In this document: positions 25,166-26,934 of the stretch, one piece after another
How the letters are laid out: each line of letters begins with the position of its first letter
How positions within the stretch are numbered: position 1 is the first letter of the stretch
Sequence record: DRR723986_4862
DNA: 26,934 bases
Strand: one strand, 5' to 3'
The notes under the pieces: model-generated
Seen by the model: only the letters and a program-made list of their open reading frames with translations
What the model was told of the DNA's origin: nothing
Databases searched by the model: none
Position numbers and translations under genes: made by a program

Positions 25166-26584
25166 TTATAGATACGGCGCCAGTTGGTCGTCTAGCCACT
25201 GTTCTAGCCAGGCTTGTTGCGATGCACTGGGCTCGGTGCCTGGTATTACCGACGTCGGGTGCGGCTGCCGGTCTAGCCAGAGCGCTCCGCTGCGCGGTAA
25301 TTTCGCTGTGGATGCCAGCCAAACTGCGGTATCTGCAGCCATTCGGCTGTCGCGCAACACCCCGGACATCAGTCGGTTAAACGCAGGCAGTGACTTTTCC
25401 ACGCCGGGGGTGGCCGCCCAGCCTGGGTGCATAGCGTAGGTGGCTGGCAGAGTCTCTTGCTGTTGAATTTGGGTATAGCACAGCAGCGCTCGCTTCGCGT
25501 TTGCGTAAGCGCCACTGCCGTTGTACTTCGACTTGCGCCATTGCATGTCCTGTTGGCGAAGGGCCGACAAATACAGGCCGCCAGACACAACATTGACGAT
25601 CCGCGAACTGTCAGTAAAAGCGGGGCTGAGCAGTTTGCTCAGCAGCACTGGGCTGAGCAGATTTACCGCCAAGGCAAGTTCGTTGCCTTCCTCGGTTTCT
25701 TCACGTTCAGCAAACAGTGCTCCGGCATTGTTGATGAGCACATCAATGTTTGGAAAGTCAGTGAGCAGCTGTTTGCCCGTCGCCGAGGTTTGTGCGAGGG
25801 AGGATAGCTCGACGTTGTAAGAGTGTATGTTACTGGTCTCGCAACCACTGCTGTTGAGGATATCGCGAGTGCAGTCCCGCAAGCGCTCGTCACCGCGCCC
25901 GAGTAGTACCAACGTAGCCCCCAGGCCGGCCAGAAGCTTAGCCGCGGCGAGCCCCAAACCACTGGTAGGCCCCGTTAACACCACGACCTTGCCGTCCATA
26001 CGTTCGCTCAGCGCTTTGTCTGCCATGCTTAAATAGCCGTGCTTACTGAAATTTATGGCGCCGGGCAGGATAAGTTGGTCGTGAATACGCGTTGACAGTT
26101 TGGGCTTGGCGCGGGGGCTCGGCTTCGGGCTCAGGGCATCGGCAATCCCCTTTGCCACGCGTTTACTGAGCCGGTTAAGGGCGGGCTTGAAAAGCGGAGA
26201 AAGTGCCGACGGTAAACCGTCGAAGGTGAGCGTTGCGCGGTAGCGAATTTCGGTGAGTTCGGGCCCGAGCGCTTCAAATTCGATATCGTCCACGGCGTGC
26301 AGGCGGCTGGGGTTTTCACCGCCGTCATCTGCCAGTGAACAGCCCTCCAAGGACACCAATTTATTTTCCTCGGCGTGGGTTTCCCGATAGTGCATGGTCA
26401 GCTGTTTGCTGGGCCTGTTAAAGCTGAGTCGATAGCTAGCGGGCACCGATGAGGCACCTGCGAGTTTTTCGGCGCGATACACCGACGGATCCCACTGCTC
26501 GATGTTGGAAAAGTCGCGCAGGTACGAATAACAGTCGCTTACGGCGCGTTGTACCCGGATACGTTCAAACAATTGCTGTTGCAT
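25166..26584 (-). CDS. SRPBCC/CoxG-like domain fused to a DHRS12-like short-chain dehydrogenase
   Basis: N-terminal YLRDFSNIEQWDPSV (SRPBCC-like) and a C-terminal SDR domain with TGPTSGLG, NNAG, YANAK and MHPGWAATPG. The start was set at ATG 26584, which has a GGGAG SD, rather than 26641. Confidence 0.85.
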   Translation of the reverse strand: MQQQLFERIRVQRAVSDCYSYLRDFSNIEQWDPSVYRAEKLAGASSVPASYRLSFNRPSKQLTMHYRETHAEENKLVSLEGCSLADDGGENPSRLHAVDDIEFEALGPELTEIRYRATLTFDGLPSALSPLFKPALNRLSKRVAKGIADALSPKPSPRAKPKLSTRIHDQLILPGAINFSKHGYLSMADKALSERMDGKVVVLTGPTSGLGLAAAKLLAGLGATLVLLGRGDERLRDCTRDILNSSGCETSNIHSYNVELSSLAQTSATGKQLLTDFPNIDVLINNAGALFAEREETEEGNELALAVNLLSPVLLSKLLSPAFTDSSRIVNVVSGGLYLSALRQQDMQWRKSKYNGSGAYANAKRALLCYTQIQQQETLPATYAMHPGWAATPGVEKSLPAFNRLMSGVLRDSRMAADTAVWLASTAKLPRSGALWLDRQPHPTSVIPGTEPSASQQAWLEQWLDDQLAPYL

Positions 26585-26669
26585 CTCGTCACTCCCTGAA
26601 GGATTTATCACATTTACGCGGTGCAAATGTTTACAGATCAAGGACGAGTGGTGTCGGTAAGGCCGTGGC

Positions 26670-26756
26670 TTAGTGAATCTCTGGCAGGAATAAGGCCAAC
26701 ACCAGCATCGCGCCGGTGAGAATCATAAGGTGGTTATTCAGGGTGTTATTAAACAT
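26670..26756 (-). CDS. Unannotated 28-aa small membrane protein MFNNTLNNHLMILTGAMLVLALFLPEIH
   Basis: ATG with an AAGGA SD at 8-nt spacing, one hydrophobic segment and a TAA stop. It is below the ORF-track length cut-off. Confidence 0.55.
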   Translation of the reverse strand: MFNNTLNNHLMILTGAMLVLALFLPEIH

Positions 26757-26905
26757 AGCTGCGTTCCTTCGTGGCAAAACCGTCGGATCCATCCGAGAGA
26801 CGCATTATCTAATAGCCGGTAACAAAGCCCTATCGAGAATTTTGGCAATAATATTAGGCCGAAGGGATGAGGCACTGCGGAAGAGGAAGGAGAAAAGGCC
26901 GCGAA

Positions 26906-26934
26906 TGGCCCGCCCGAGAGGATTCGAACCTCTG
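26906..26934 (-). tRNA. tRNA 3' end (T-arm, acceptor strand, CCA), probably tRNA-Arg; truncated by the window edge
   Basis: Minus strand CAGAGGTTCGAATCCTCTCGGGCGGGCCA contains the T-loop GGTTCGAATCC and an encoded CCA. It resembles the 3' end of tRNA-Arg(CCG), but the anticodon is not visible. Confidence 0.85.

Noticed and set aside
26893-26910. Terminator overlapping the tRNA CCA end (GGCC-ATTCGC-GGCC-TTTT)
   Set aside because: The stem is only 4 bp and competes with the acceptor stem, so it is too weak to call.
24220-26934. Possible genomic island integrated at the tRNA 3' end
   Set aside because: No integrase, no duplicated tRNA 3' end (att) found by eye and no obvious compositional shift.
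1-26934. CRISPR arrays, IS elements, prophage or defence genes
   Set aside because: No regularly spaced repeats were seen, and no transposase, integrase, nuclease or reverse-transcriptase-like ORFs other than the housekeeping YqgF.

Overview
This is a core-genome region of a gammaproteobacterium. The gene order resembles Pseudomonas or Cellvibrionales-type marine bacteria; this is inferred from gene content only. The left half carries type IV pilus functions: pilT (5'-truncated) and pilU, then yqgF-yqgE-tonB3-gshB on the minus strand, and a compact Pil-Chp chemosensory operon pilG-pilH-pilI-pilJ-chpA-chpC that lacks pilK and chpB. The middle holds rsmE, argA, a hypothetical membrane protein, a PHD/PPHD-like 2OG-Fe(II) oxygenase, a class I methyltransferase, a GST, the ABC-F gene yheS, a TIGR02444-like gene, an AlgP-like K/A/P-rich protein and an FKBP lipoprotein. 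The right end has a minus-strand block with the 3' end of a tRNA (probably Arg), an unannotated 28-aa membrane ORF, an SRPBCC-SDR fusion and a TIGR01777 epimerase. The most interesting signal is in the FKBP-TIGR01777 intergenic region. It has two adjacent AAGGA-loop hairpins matching the CsrA/RsmA binding consensus, a GacA/UvrY-like box and -10 element upstream, and an intrinsic terminator downstream, which together suggest an unannotated Csr/Rsm-type sRNA. No mobile element, CRISPR array or defence system was seen.
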